A stretch of 64,000 bases of DNA from Gammaproteobacteria bacterium (GCA_965237805.1 OZ250153.1:96001-160000); one strand, 5' to 3'; counted from the stretch's first letter, positions 1 to 10,076 are shown. A program made the numbers and translations. Notes: generated by a model not told the origin, from the sequence alone.

Positions 1-1
1 C

Positions 2-631
2 TTCGAGCTCGGTGCCATATTGATGCGCCATCCCGGCATGGCGAGCGCGATCCAGTTGCGCCTGTCGCAGCCGCTGGATGCCGCTCGCTTGGCCGCCCAG
101 CTACAGGATACGCTCGCTCCCGCTTTTCAAGTTGAGCAGTGGACCGAGCGCTTGGGGCCACTGTTCAAGCTGATCGCTTTGTCCAAGCAGTTGGTCACGT
201 TGATGCTGTCCACCGTGGTGTTGATCGCCGCCTTCAATATCACCGCCATGCTCGCTGTGATGAGCAGCCGCCGCCGCGGCCAAATTGCCTTGTTGCGCAC
301 TTTGGGAGCTCCGCCTAGCTTGATTTTGCGCTCTGTCTTGACCCAAGGTGCGGCTCTGGGCACGATAGGCATCTCGCTCGGTGCCTTTTTGGGCACGCTA
401 TTGTCGCTGGGATTGGACGATCTGGTGTTGGTGTTGGAACGGCACTTCGGCTTTGCCTTGTTGGCTACCGACAGCTATCCACTCGACCATTTGCCCACCA
501 CCGTGGATTGGGCTGAATTGTTGGTCGTCTGTGGCCTGGCGCTGCTACTGTGTGTATCGGCATCGCTCTACCCCGCGTGGCGCGCCGCCAATTTGTCTCC
601 CGCCTCGGTCTTGCGCCAGAGCGGCAGTTAG
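2..631 (+). CDS. lolE: Lipoprotein-releasing ABC transporter permease LolE/LolC family (5' truncated by window edge)
   Basis: FtsX-type permease C-terminus (IAAFNI...IALLRTLGA...YPAWRAA); frame open from position 2; lies upstream of comEC as in the conserved cluster. Confidence 0.8.
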   Translation, partial: FELGAILMRHPGMASAIQLRLSQPLDAARLAAQLQDTLAPAFQVEQWTERLGPLFKLIALSKQLVTLMLSTVVLIAAFNITAMLAVMSSRRRGQIALLRTLGAPPSLILRSVLTQGAALGTIGISLGAFLGTLLSLGLDDLVLVLERHFGFALLATDSYPLDHLPTTVDWAELLVVCGLALLLCVSASLYPAWRAANLSPASVLRQSGS

Positions 632-703
632 CGCGACGGGGCTGGCCGCCCCCGTCGCAGCGTGTAGTATTGAGGTCAACACCACGGAGCCAAGGATGGA
701 TCT

Positions 704-2974
704 GTGCGTATTTGGCTACTGTCGGCGGCTGGCGCGGTTTTGGCGCTCGGTCTGTGTCCGCAATTGCCGCCGCTCAGCTGCGTGCCAGCGCTGGTGGCTG
801 TGGCTCTTGCATCGCTGCGCTGGACCGGAGGTGTCGCCCGTGCCGTCTGCGGCTGCTCGATCGGTCTGGCTTGGGCCATCTTCAGTGGCCATGCCATGTT
901 GTCCCAGCGGGTGCCGGTGGAGCTGGAGGGGCGCGATCTGCTGATCAGCGGCTATCTCAGCGCCATGCCGAGCGACACCGCACTGGACAATGGCAGTAGT
1001 CTGCGGCGTTTCGAGCTGAAAGTGAGCGCAGCACGGCCTCTGGCTGGCGGCGAGCGGCTGAGCTTGGGCAGGCTACGCCTCAATTGGTACGGGGGGCCAG
1101 AGCTGCACCCCGGCGAGCGCTGGCGACTGGTGGTGCGGCTCAAACGACCGCACGGAACAGCTTCGCCCGGTGTGATGGATCGTGCGGCGCAACAGCTCTC
1201 GCAGGGTGTCGGTGCCGTCGGCTATGTGCTCGATCATCCCTGCAACAAGCGCTTGGCAGGCATTGAGATCAAGGCACTACACCATCGCCTGCGGCGGCTG
1301 GTCGGCCAGCACTTGGCGGCGCGCGGCGGAGACTATAGCGGGCTGTTGACGGCCTTGGTCAATGGTGATCGACAGCGACCGCCGACCGCTGTACGCGCAT
1401 TGATGGAGCGCACCGGCACGGTGCATCTGCTGGCAATATCGGGTCTACACATCGCCTTGGTCGCCGGGCTCTGCTTTTATTTGGCCCAAGCGATAGCGCG
1501 CTTGCTCGTCGCGCCCTTGCGTTGCTGTCCAGCGCCGATATGGGGGGCGTTGGCGGCGCTGGTCGGAGCCTGTTCCTATGCCGCATTGGCCGGTTTTTCT
1601 CTGCCGACCCAACGCGCTCTGGTCATGGTGGCCAGCCTGATGGCAGCGCGTTTGTTGCGCCGTCGCACCAGTCGCGGGGTCGGTCTCTGCGCGGCGCTGG
1701 CAGTGGTGTTGGCATGGGACCCGCTGGCTGGTTTCTCGGTTGGATTTTGGCTTTCCTTTGTCGCGGTAGCCGCCCTGCTGATGGCTGTGGAGGAGGGTGG
1801 TTCAGCGCGGTTGTGGCGCTTTGCGCGCGCTCAGTTTGCGGTGTCTTTAGCTCTGATCCTGCCCTTGGGTCGCTTGCTTGGTAGCGTGCCGTTGATCTCA
1901 CCCCTAGCCAATGCCTTTACCATTCCTCTGGTCAGTTGGCTGGTGGTGCCGGCGGCGTTATTGGGCAGTGTCATGCTGCCGTGGTGGCCAGCTGCTGCCG
2001 AGTGGCCACTGCGCTTGGCCGAGCTGAGTGCGGCGCTATCGCTATGGCTGCTGGCACTGTTGCCGACGCCGACTTGGCAGCCGCCGCCGTGGCCATTGCC
2101 AGTGCTGGTGCTGGCGGCTGTCGGTGTGGTCGCAGTACTCCACTGGCACCGCTGGCTGCTCGGTGCCCTGTTGTTGGCACCGTTGCTGTGGGTGCCAGTA
2201 CCGAGTACCGAGCTGTTGCGCCTCAGTGTGCTGGATGTGGGGCAGGGCTTGGCCGTGCTGGTCGAGACGGCGCGGCACAGCTTGCTCTATGACAGCGGCC
2301 CGATATACCGCGGCGGCTACAGCGCGGCGCGGGGCATTATCCTGCCATTTCTGCGCCACCGCGGACACCGACGTCTCGACGCCATGGTGATCAGCCATGC
2401 GGACAGTGATCACGCTGGCGGTGCGAGTATTCTGAGCGAGGCGCTTCCCATAGACCAGCTATGGCGCGGCGAGCCGCTGCCGGGGCTGAGGCACGCACAG
2501 CCTTGTCGCGCTGGCCAGCGTTGGAGCTGGGATGGCATCGATTTTGAATTCCTGCATCCGTTGGTGGCGGGCGGCGGCAACGACCAGTCCTGTGTGTTAC
2601 TGATCCGCGTCGCCGAGCGTCTCATCCTGTTGCCCGGTGACATCGGTGCGGCGGTGGAGCGGCGTTTGGCGACCCGGCTACCGGGCACGGTCGATGTGCT
2701 GGTCGCACCGCACCACGGCAGTGCCTCCTCCTCATCGGAGGCTTTGCTGGCGACGGTTAGGCCGCGCCATGTCGTCTTTTCGCGTGCCGCTCGCAATCCA
2801 TTCGGACATCCAGACAGCGCCGTTTTGCAGCGCTACATGGCTGTGGACAGTCGCCTGTGGGACACCGCCTTGGACGGCACCGTGCAATTCGATTGGCGCA
2901 GTGCCGAGACCCCGCCAGCGGTGCGCGCCTTTCGCCGACAGCACCGCCGCTATTGGCACAGCGCAGCCGAGTAA
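704..2974 (+). CDS. comEC: DNA internalization competence protein ComEC/Rec2
   Basis: GTVHLLAISGLHI competence motif, multiple TM segments, C-terminal metallo-beta-lactamase domain (LDVGQG, SHADSDH, PHHGS). Confidence 0.95.
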   Translation: MRIWLLSAAGAVLALGLCPQLPPLSCVPALVAVALASLRWTGGVARAVCGCSIGLAWAIFSGHAMLSQRVPVELEGRDLLISGYLSAMPSDTALDNGSSLRRFELKVSAARPLAGGERLSLGRLRLNWYGGPELHPGERWRLVVRLKRPHGTASPGVMDRAAQQLSQGVGAVGYVLDHPCNKRLAGIEIKALHHRLRRLVGQHLAARGGDYSGLLTALVNGDRQRPPTAVRALMERTGTVHLLAISGLHIALVAGLCFYLAQAIARLLVAPLRCCPAPIWGALAALVGACSYAALAGFSLPTQRALVMVASLMAARLLRRRTSRGVGLCAALAVVLAWDPLAGFSVGFWLSFVAVAALLMAVEEGGSARLWRFARAQFAVSLALILPLGRLLGSVPLISPLANAFTIPLVSWLVVPAALLGSVMLPWWPAAAEWPLRLAELSAALSLWLLALLPTPTWQPPPWPLPVLVLAAVGVVAVLHWHRWLLGALLLAPLLWVPVPSTELLRLSVLDVGQGLAVLVETARHSLLYDSGPIYRGGYSAARGIILPFLRHRGHRRLDAMVISHADSDHAGGASILSEALPIDQLWRGEPLPGLRHAQPCRAGQRWSWDGIDFEFLHPLVAGGGNDQSCVLLIRVAERLILLPGDIGAAVERRLATRLPGTVDVLVAPHHGSASSSSEALLATVRPRHVVFSRAARNPFGHPDSAVLQRYMAVDSRLWDTALDGTVQFDWRSAETPPAVRAFRRQHRRYWHSAAE

Positions 2975-3009
2975 CATACCATCTAAGGCATTGTTCTCCC
3001 GGCGATGTC

Positions 3010-4836
3010 ATGCCCACCCAGACCCACTCTTTGCGCGATCTCCACGTCTATTTACGCGTGTTGCGCATGAGCTTGGTCAATCGCGGTATCTGGGCGGGCT
3101 GCATCGGTTCTTTCGTGCTGTTTTCGCTGAGTTCGGTGCTGTTCGCCGACGGCATGCAATTGGCGATGAATGCGCTGAGTGACCATCCGCTCAAAGAAAC
3201 ACGCAGCGTGTTGGCGCTAGGTTTGCGCGATTGGGTCGAACCGATGTTCGCCAATCCCGACGCCCGGCGTGTGCAGATCCCGTTGCTGTTGCTGTTGATG
3301 TTGGTGTTGCGCAGTGTCGGCTTCGCCGGTAGTGAGTTCGGTATCCGCTACCTGTCTTCGCGTTTGGTGCACGAATTGCGTTGCCAGATCGCCGACAAAT
3401 TGTTGCAGGTTCCAGGTCACTTTTTTGATCGGCACCCCGATGGGCACTTGATCTCAACACTGAACTACAAAGTGCAGCAGATCACTGATAGTAGCGCCCA
3501 AGTGGCGCTGATCGTGCTGCGCGAAGGGGTCACCGCTATCGCCTTCCTGTCCTACATGCTCTACCTCGATTGGCGGCTATCTTTGGTCTGTCTGGCAACC
3601 GCACCCTTGCTGTTGCAGCTGACTCGCTCCGTGGCGCGACGACAGCGGATGCTGGCTAGGCGTCTGCAGGGCACGATGGGCGATCTGACCCATATCACCG
3701 GCGAGGTGGTGCGTGGCAATCAAGAAATACGCATCTTTGGTGCCCAAGCGCTGGAGAGCGCACGCTTTGACCAGAGCAGCAACGACTTCCGCCAACAGAG
3801 TAACAAGATCTCACTGGCCAACAGCTTGCTACAGCCGGGAACCCATCTATTGATCACGCTACCGTTGTTATTTCTATTTTGGTACTTGTTGGATCCGGCG
3901 CGGGCTGGCAGTTTCAGCCCGGGGGCATTGACTGCTTTTCTGGTGGCGGCCATTCTGCTCGCGCGCCCGGTGCGGCGTCTCAGCCAAGTCATCGAGCAGT
4001 TGCAACAGGGGCTGGCCGCCGCCGAGGATATTTTCCAGCTGCTCGATGAAGAGACGGAACCGGACCGTGGCGATCAGCGTCTCCAAGCCGCTGATCTCCG
4101 CTTGGAATTTCGCCATGTCAATTTTTCCTACGCCGTCGGCGACGGCGAGGGCGCGGTGGTGCTGAGCGACATCAACTTTGTGGTGGAGCCAGGGCAGATT
4201 GTCGCCATCGTCGGCAGAACCGGGGCGGGGAAAAGTACCTTGGTGCGCTTGATGACCCGACTCTATCATCCGAGTGGTGGCCAGATATTGATCGGTGGCC
4301 AAGATACCGCCAATGTGCGCATCAGCGATGTGCGTCAACAGTTTGCCGTGGTGTCGCAACAGCCGGTGCTATTCAACGACAGCATCTACAACAACATCGC
4401 TTTTGGTGAATTGCGTGACTGCAGCGCTGAGGAGGTGCGTGATGCCGCCGCTCGCGCCCACGCGGTGGAATTCATCGACCGCCTCCCCGGTGGCTTTGCA
4501 GCCTCTGTGGGCAATCAGGGGACGCTGCTCTCCGGTGGGCAGAAGCAGCGCATCGCCGTGGCTCGGGCGTTGATGAAAGGTGCTCCTTTTCTGATACTCG
4601 ACGAGGCCACCTCAGCTTTGGATAACGAGACCGAGCAACAGCTGCGCACGGTGTTGCAAGATGTCTCCAGCGGGCACTCGGTGATCATCATTGCTCATCG
4701 TCTGAATTCGGTGCGCAATGCCGATCTGATTTTGGTGCTGGACCGCGGTCGCATCATCGAGCGTGGTCGGCATCGCGAGCTGCTTGAGCAGGATGGGCTC
4801 TACGCCCGCTTAGCGCGCGAAGAGCTGCAGCCGTGA
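3010..4836 (+). CDS. msbA: Lipid A export ABC transporter MsbA
   Basis: ABC TM domain plus NBD (GRTGAGKST, LSGGQKQR, LDEATSALD); followed by lpxK; ATG at 3010 chosen. Confidence 0.9.
   Translation: MPTQTHSLRDLHVYLRVLRMSLVNRGIWAGCIGSFVLFSLSSVLFADGMQLAMNALSDHPLKETRSVLALGLRDWVEPMFANPDARRVQIPLLLLLMLVLRSVGFAGSEFGIRYLSSRLVHELRCQIADKLLQVPGHFFDRHPDGHLISTLNYKVQQITDSSAQVALIVLREGVTAIAFLSYMLYLDWRLSLVCLATAPLLLQLTRSVARRQRMLARRLQGTMGDLTHITGEVVRGNQEIRIFGAQALESARFDQSSNDFRQQSNKISLANSLLQPGTHLLITLPLLFLFWYLLDPARAGSFSPGALTAFLVAAILLARPVRRLSQVIEQLQQGLAAAEDIFQLLDEETEPDRGDQRLQAADLRLEFRHVNFSYAVGDGEGAVVLSDINFVVEPGQIVAIVGRTGAGKSTLVRLMTRLYHPSGGQILIGGQDTANVRISDVRQQFAVVSQQPVLFNDSIYNNIAFGELRDCSAEEVRDAAARAHAVEFIDRLPGGFAASVGNQGTLLSGGQKQRIAVARALMKGAPFLILDEATSALDNETEQQLRTVLQDVSSGHSVIIIAHRLNSVRNADLILVLDRGRIIERGRHRELLEQDGLYARLAREELQP
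3841..3890. other. Intragenic AT-rich island (weak) in msbA
   Basis: 18/50 GC (36%); codons CTA, TTA, TTT CTA TTT; partly explained by a hydrophobic TM segment. Confidence 0.4.
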
Positions 4837-5855
4837 GTGCAGCTGGGAGCGGTCGAGCCGCCCAACAGCAGCTGCGCGACTACTGGCAGCGACCATCGCT
4901 GCCCCTGCGGCTGTTATGGCCGCTGTCCAAGCTCTACCAGACGGTGGCTGCCGGGCGGCGGCGGTGCTTGACGCGTACGGCCCGGCCTTTGGCGGCACCG
5001 GTGATTGTGGTCGGCAACATCAGCGTAGGCGGCACTGGTAAGACCCCGCTGGTGCTGTGGTTGGCGCAGTGCCTGCATGCGGCGGGCCTGCGTCCGGGGA
5101 TCCTCAGTCGGGGCTATGGTGGCAGTGAGCGCGGTCCTCGGCGCATTGATGCCGATGCCGATCCGGCGCAGGTCGGTGACGAGCCTGTGATGCTGGCCAA
5201 ACGCTTGTCCGGAAAGGTGCCGGTGTTGGTCTCGCGCCGGCGTGTGATCGGCGCACAGAGTTTGATCGCCAGTGGCTGCGATGTGGTGATCAGCGACGAT
5301 GGACTGCAGCATTACGATTTGGCGCGCGATGTGGAGGTCGCCGTGGTCGACGGCAGCCGCGGTGTCGGCAATGGTTGGTGTCTGCCCGCCGGGCCACTAC
5401 GCGAGCCGCCAGCGCGTTTGGCAGAGGTAGATTTTGTCGTGATCAATGGTGGCGGTTGGCAGGGCGATGGCTGGCAGATGTCGGTGACACCGAGCACCTG
5501 GCTGCGTCTTCCAGCTTGGGAGCCAGTGGCACTGGATCACCAAGATGCACCGACTGGCTCGGTGCATGCCGTTGCTGGCATGGGCAATCCGGCGCGTTTT
5601 TTTGCCGCGTTGCGGCAGTTGGGGCTGGTGGTGCTGGAACACTCTTTTCCAGATCACCACCGCTACCGGGTGCGGGACTTGTGTTTCGACGATCCTTGGC
5701 CCGTGGTAATGACAGAAAAGGATGCAGTGAAGTATTGCCATTTGTCACCCCCGCCAGCCACCGCCCTGCCGCGCTGGTGTCTGCGGGTCGATGCCTGCCT
5801 GCCAGCAGAGCTCTCCGTGGCGCTGTTGGCGGCGATAGGGCGCGGGCAATCGTGA
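4833..5855 (+). CDS. lpxK: Tetraacyldisaccharide 4'-kinase
   Basis: VGNISVGGTGKTP, SRGYGG, DDGLQH, PAGPLRE, MTEKDAVK motifs. Confidence 0.95.
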   Translation: MSAAGSGRAAQQQLRDYWQRPSLPLRLLWPLSKLYQTVAAGRRRCLTRTARPLAAPVIVVGNISVGGTGKTPLVLWLAQCLHAAGLRPGILSRGYGGSERGPRRIDADADPAQVGDEPVMLAKRLSGKVPVLVSRRRVIGAQSLIASGCDVVISDDGLQHYDLARDVEVAVVDGSRGVGNGWCLPAGPLREPPARLAEVDFVVINGGGWQGDGWQMSVTPSTWLRLPAWEPVALDHQDAPTGSVHAVAGMGNPARFFAALRQLGLVVLEHSFPDHHRYRVRDLCFDDPWPVVMTEKDAVKYCHLSPPPATALPRWCLRVDACLPAELSVALLAAIGRGQS

Positions 5856-6631
5856 GCGCAAGTCCGCGCTTCAGTGTCATCATTCCGGCGCGGCTGGAGT
5901 CGACCCGTTTGCCAGACAAGGTGTTGCTGGACATCGGCGGGCGGACGATGCTGCAACGGGTCTATGAGCAGGCGCTTAAAAGTGGTGCGGTGCGCGTTGT
6001 TATCGCCACCGACAATCCGCGCATCGCCGCCGTTGCCGACGGCTTTGGTGCCGAGTCCTGTATCACTTCCGCGCGGCACAATTCTGGCACTGAGCGCATC
6101 TGCGAAGCGGTGGCAAAACTGGCATTGCAGCCGACGGAGACGGTGGTCAATCTGCAGGCAGACGAGCCGCTGGCACCGCCGGAAGCCATCGGGCAAGTCG
6201 CTGCGGTATTGGCGGCGGGCGATGAGATGGCGACGCTGTGTGTGGCGATCGCTAGCGCCGACGAACTGCGTTCCCCAGCTGTTGTCAAAGTGGTGGCGGA
6301 CGGTGCCGGGCGGGCGCTCTACTTCAGCCGTTTGCCGATCCCGTGGGCTGGGGCATCCGGCGACGGTGCCAGCTTGCCGTCGGACGGTCTGTGGATGCGG
6401 CATATCGGCATCTATGCCTATCGGGTCTCGCTGTTGCGCCGCTGGGCTGAGTTGGGGCCCTCAGCGCTTGAGCGTAGCGAGTGTTTGGAGCAATTGCGTG
6501 CGCTATCGGCAGGTGTCCTGATCCGGCTTGCCGTCGTGCGGGAATCCTTTCCACCCGGTGTCGATACCGCCGCCGATTTGGAGCGCGTGCGCCACCACTT
6601 TGCCAGCGTCACCGACCATGGCGCAGATTGA
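5852..6631 (+). CDS. kdsB: 3-deoxy-manno-octulosonate cytidylyltransferase
   Basis: IIPARLESTRLPDK, SGTERI, VNLQADEP, HIGIYAY, LEQLRAL; GTG start overlapping the lpxK stop. Confidence 0.95.
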   Translation: MSASPRFSVIIPARLESTRLPDKVLLDIGGRTMLQRVYEQALKSGAVRVVIATDNPRIAAVADGFGAESCITSARHNSGTERICEAVAKLALQPTETVVNLQADEPLAPPEAIGQVAAVLAAGDEMATLCVAIASADELRSPAVVKVVADGAGRALYFSRLPIPWAGASGDGASLPSDGLWMRHIGIYAYRVSLLRRWAELGPSALERSECLEQLRALSAGVLIRLAVVRESFPPGVDTAADLERVRHHFASVTDHGAD

Positions 6632-7631
6632 GCGGCTGCGCCAGCTGCGCCGGGACAATTACCTCGGTGTAGACGCTGTCGCGGAGCATTACTGCGAGGC
6701 CATCGATAGCGCACAGTTGCGCGCTGCTCTGGCTTGGTGCCGACAACGCGGCTTGGTCGTGCATCGGCTCGGAGAGGGCAGCAATGTCGTGTTGCCCAAG
6801 CAGCTGCCGGGACTGGTGCTGAGGGTGCGGTTGCGCGGTCTGCACGAGGAGGGTGACAGCGGTGGGCGGGCACTGTTGCGAGTCGGTGCTGGCGAGTCGT
6901 GGCCAGCATTGGTGCGCCACTGCCTGCGCACGGGACACTACGGTTTAGAGAATTTGGCCGGCATACCGGGAAGTGCGGGTGCCGCACCGGTGCAAAACAT
7001 CGGTGCCTATGGCGTGGAATTGGCCGAATTCCTGCATGCGGTGGAAGTCATCGACAGTGCGGATGGTAGCGTTCGCCGGCTGGCTACGCGCGATTGCCAG
7101 TTGAGCTATCGTCGTAGCATCTTTCAGCAACCCGCCGGTGCCGGACTGTTGATCACTGCGCTGTGGCTGCGCCTACACCGCAGGCCACAACCGCGCTTCG
7201 ACTATCCATCGCTACGCGAGATGCTGGTGCGCAAAGGTATCGACAGCCCAGCTCCGGTCGATATTTACCGCGCCGTGTTGCGACTGCGCGGCGGCTTGCC
7301 CAACCCGCGACAGTTGCCAAATGTCGGCAGTTTTTTTCGCAATCCACAGCTCGATGAAGCACACTACCGCAGCTTGCTCAGCGATCATCCCGAGTTGGTG
7401 GCGCGGCGGCGTGGCAGTGGCTATCAGCTGTCGGCAGGCTGGATGATTGAGCGTGCCGGCTTCAAGGGCAAGGCGCACGGCGGTGTCGCCATGCACCGGC
7501 ATCACGCCTTGGTGCTGGTCAATCCGGGCGGTGTCAGTGGCGAGGAGATCCTTGCCTTTGCCGCCGAGATCCAGGACGCTGTGCAGCGTTTGTTTGGGAT
7601 TGCGCTGGAGCTGGAGCCCCGTGTCCTCTGA
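6618..7631 (+). CDS. murB: UDP-N-acetylenolpyruvoylglucosamine reductase
   Basis: LGEGSNV, GLENLAGIPGSAGAAPVQNIGAYG, GSFFRNP, HALVLVN, LELEP. Confidence 0.95.
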   Translation: MAQIERLRQLRRDNYLGVDAVAEHYCEAIDSAQLRAALAWCRQRGLVVHRLGEGSNVVLPKQLPGLVLRVRLRGLHEEGDSGGRALLRVGAGESWPALVRHCLRTGHYGLENLAGIPGSAGAAPVQNIGAYGVELAEFLHAVEVIDSADGSVRRLATRDCQLSYRRSIFQQPAGAGLLITALWLRLHRRPQPRFDYPSLREMLVRKGIDSPAPVDIYRAVLRLRGGLPNPRQLPNVGSFFRNPQLDEAHYRSLLSDHPELVARRRGSGYQLSAGWMIERAGFKGKAHGGVAMHRHHALVLVNPGGVSGEEILAFAAEIQDAVQRLFGIALELEPRVL

Positions 7632-8217
7632 GCTGCCGCGGGTGCTGGATCCCGGACGCGGTGAATTATTGCTCTATCCTTCGCTATTTGCGGCTGAGGC
7701 ACCGTCTTGGTATCGCGCACTGCGCGATCAGATCCCTTGGCGGCAGGAGAGTGCGCGGCTCTTCGGGCGTTGCCAGCCTCTGCCCAGACTGAGCGCTTGG
7801 TGTGCGGGACCGGGGCAACGCTATCGTTATAGTGGCATCTGTCATGAGCCGATGCCGTGGCCCGCAGCGCTGCAGGCAGCCCTTGCGGCGGTGCAGCGCG
7901 TCCTTGCTATGAACTTCAACAGTGCCTTGCTCAGCTACTACCGCGATGGACGCGATACCATCGGCTGGCACAGCGACGATGAGGCGTCGCTGGGCGCGCA
8001 GCCCCGCATCGCCTCACTGAGCTTGGGGGCCAGCAGAACTTTCCAATTGCGTGAACGGCGAGGGGGGACGACCTTGCGCATCGAATTGGCCGCTGGTGCG
8101 CTGTTGCTGATGCGCGGTGAGAGCCAGCGCCGTTGGCGCCATCGCCTACCTCCCAGCCGCACTGCCGGGGCGCGTATCAATATTAGTTTTCGCCACTTTG
8201 TGGGGACATCGCGATGA
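7621..8217 (+). CDS. AlkB-family 2OG-Fe(II) dioxygenase (ALKBH2/3-like)
   Basis: YYRDGRDTIGWHSDDE (HxD), SLSLGASRTF, WRHRLP, RINISFR. Confidence 0.85.
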   Translation: MSSELPRVLDPGRGELLLYPSLFAAEAPSWYRALRDQIPWRQESARLFGRCQPLPRLSAWCAGPGQRYRYSGICHEPMPWPAALQAALAAVQRVLAMNFNSALLSYYRDGRDTIGWHSDDEASLGAQPRIASLSLGASRTFQLRERRGGTTLRIELAAGALLLMRGESQRRWRHRLPPSRTAGARINISFRHFVGTSR

Positions 8218-10076
8218 GCGTGGCTGCAGCTTTCGATCCCAAGGCCTTTGTGCGCACCCTGGGCACGGGGCCGGGGGTCTACCAGATGTTGGATGCGGAG
8301 GGAGTGGCGTTGTATATCGGCAAGGCGCGCCAGCTGCGCCACCGCGTTGGCAGCTATTTCCAAAGCCATGGTCTGGAGACGCGCACGATGCGCATGCTGT
8401 CCCGCGTCTGCAGCATCCAGGTGACGGTTACCGCCAGCGAGACCGAGGCGCTACTGCTGGAGCAAAATCTGATCAAGCGCCATCGCCCGCGCTACAACAT
8501 CTTGCTCAGAGATGATAAGTCTTATCCTTATCTATATCTTTCAGAAGGACAATATCCAAGAATTTCCATGCGCAGGACGCGCCGATCCAAGCGTGTCGCT
8601 GGGCGCTACTTTGGCCCTTATCCAAGCGCTTCGGAGCTGCGCCACAATCTGAATTTCCTGCACCGAGCTTTTCAGTTGCGCCAGTGTACAGACAGTGTTT
8701 TCCACCACCGTACTCGACCCTGCCTGCAGTATCAGATCGGGCGCTGCACAGCACCCTGTGTCGGTTTGATCAGCGAGCGGGGCTATGCTGGCGATGTGCG
8801 CGATGCGGTGTTGTTCCTCGAGGGCGGTGGCCAAGCCTTGCAAGGCCAGCTGGCCGACCGCATGGAGCAGGCCTCCAAGGACTTGGCATTCGAGCGCGCC
8901 GCCGCGTTGCGCGATCGCATTGCGGCGCTGCGGCGCATGCGCGAGCGCCAGAGTGTGGACAGCACCCGCAGTGGCGGTGACGCCGATGTTGTGGCCTTGG
9001 TCGAGGAGGGCGGCATGCACTGTGCTCAGTGGTTACAGGTGCGCGATGGGCATGTCAGCTCCAGCCACAGCTACTTTCCACAATTGCCGCTGAGCGATGG
9101 TGCGACCAGCCTGCTCAGCGCCTTTGTGCCGCATCTGTACCTGGGTGGGGGCGGGCGCGAAATCCCCCGCGAATTGCTGCTGAGCGCAGAGCCCGACAAC
9201 GCCTCATTGTTGGCCGCAGCACTGGGGCGAGCTGCGGGCAAGCGGGTGCGCATCTCCAGTCCGAAACGTGGTCTGCGCGGGCGCTGGCTCCAGCTGGCGC
9301 TCAACACCGCGTGGGAGAATCTGCGCGGCTTCGCCAGCGGCGGGCAGCGTTTGGGGCATCAGCGCGAGGCGCTGGCGAAGGCGCTGGGGTGCAGCGCTAC
9401 GCCAGAGCGCATTGAAGCTTTCGATGTCAGCCACGGCGGCGGGCGGCACACGGTGGCCTCTTGCGTGGTGGCCGGGGTGGATGGCCTGCGCCCGGCCGAG
9501 TACCGCCGTTTCAATATTCGCGACGCCGCTCCCGGCGATGACTTGGCAGCGCTGCGCGAGGCGCTGGAGCGGCGCTATCTGCGTGGTAGCAGGGCGCGCA
9601 GTGCCCAGCTGCCAGATCTGTTGTTGGTGGACGGCGGCGCGGCGCAGCTGCGCGCAGCGCTTGCGGTGCTGTCCCAGCTGGCTGAGGACGGTGCCTGCGT
9701 CGAGGTGGTCGGTATCTCAAAAGGGGTTTCGCGCCGTCCCGGTTGGGAGCAATTGCACCGCGCGGATGGGCGGAGCGTGGCGCTGCCGCCGGACAGCGAG
9801 GCGCTACACCTGCTACAGCGCTTGCGCGACGAGGCCCACCGCTTTGCCATAGCTGGGCAGCGCCGCCGCCAGCGCCGAGCCGCCGGTTCTGGGCTCGAGC
9901 ACATCGCGGGTATCGGCCCGGCGCGGCGGCGCTCCTTGCTGCGCCATTTCGGTGGCTTGCGGGCATTGCAGCGGGCTTCTAGGGAGGAAATCGTCCGCGC
10001 ACCGGGCATGGGCGACAAACTCGCCACCACCGTTTGCGAGGCGCTCTCGGAACCAGCTCGCATGGCGGACGAATAA
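8214..10076 (+). CDS. uvrC: Excinuclease ABC subunit C
   Basis: GIY-YIG domain (GVYQM..LYIGKA), RDDKSYPY, Cys cluster, RDEAHRFAI, HhH. Confidence 0.96.
   Translation: MSVAAAFDPKAFVRTLGTGPGVYQMLDAEGVALYIGKARQLRHRVGSYFQSHGLETRTMRMLSRVCSIQVTVTASETEALLLEQNLIKRHRPRYNILLRDDKSYPYLYLSEGQYPRISMRRTRRSKRVAGRYFGPYPSASELRHNLNFLHRAFQLRQCTDSVFHHRTRPCLQYQIGRCTAPCVGLISERGYAGDVRDAVLFLEGGGQALQGQLADRMEQASKDLAFERAAALRDRIAALRRMRERQSVDSTRSGGDADVVALVEEGGMHCAQWLQVRDGHVSSSHSYFPQLPLSDGATSLLSAFVPHLYLGGGGREIPRELLLSAEPDNASLLAAALGRAAGKRVRISSPKRGLRGRWLQLALNTAWENLRGFASGGQRLGHQREALAKALGCSATPERIEAFDVSHGGGRHTVASCVVAGVDGLRPAEYRRFNIRDAAPGDDLAALREALERRYLRGSRARSAQLPDLLLVDGGAAQLRAALAVLSQLAEDGACVEVVGISKGVSRRPGWEQLHRADGRSVALPPDSEALHLLQRLRDEAHRFAIAGQRRRQRRAAGSGLEHIAGIGPARRRSLLRHFGGLRALQRASREEIVRAPGMGDKLATTVCEALSEPARMADE
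8511..8570. other. Intragenic AT-rich island in uvrC
   Basis: 19/60 GC (32%) versus 38/60 (63%) at 8581-8640; conserved RDDKSYPY encoded by AGA GAT GAT AAG TCT TAT CCT TAT. Confidence 0.8.
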
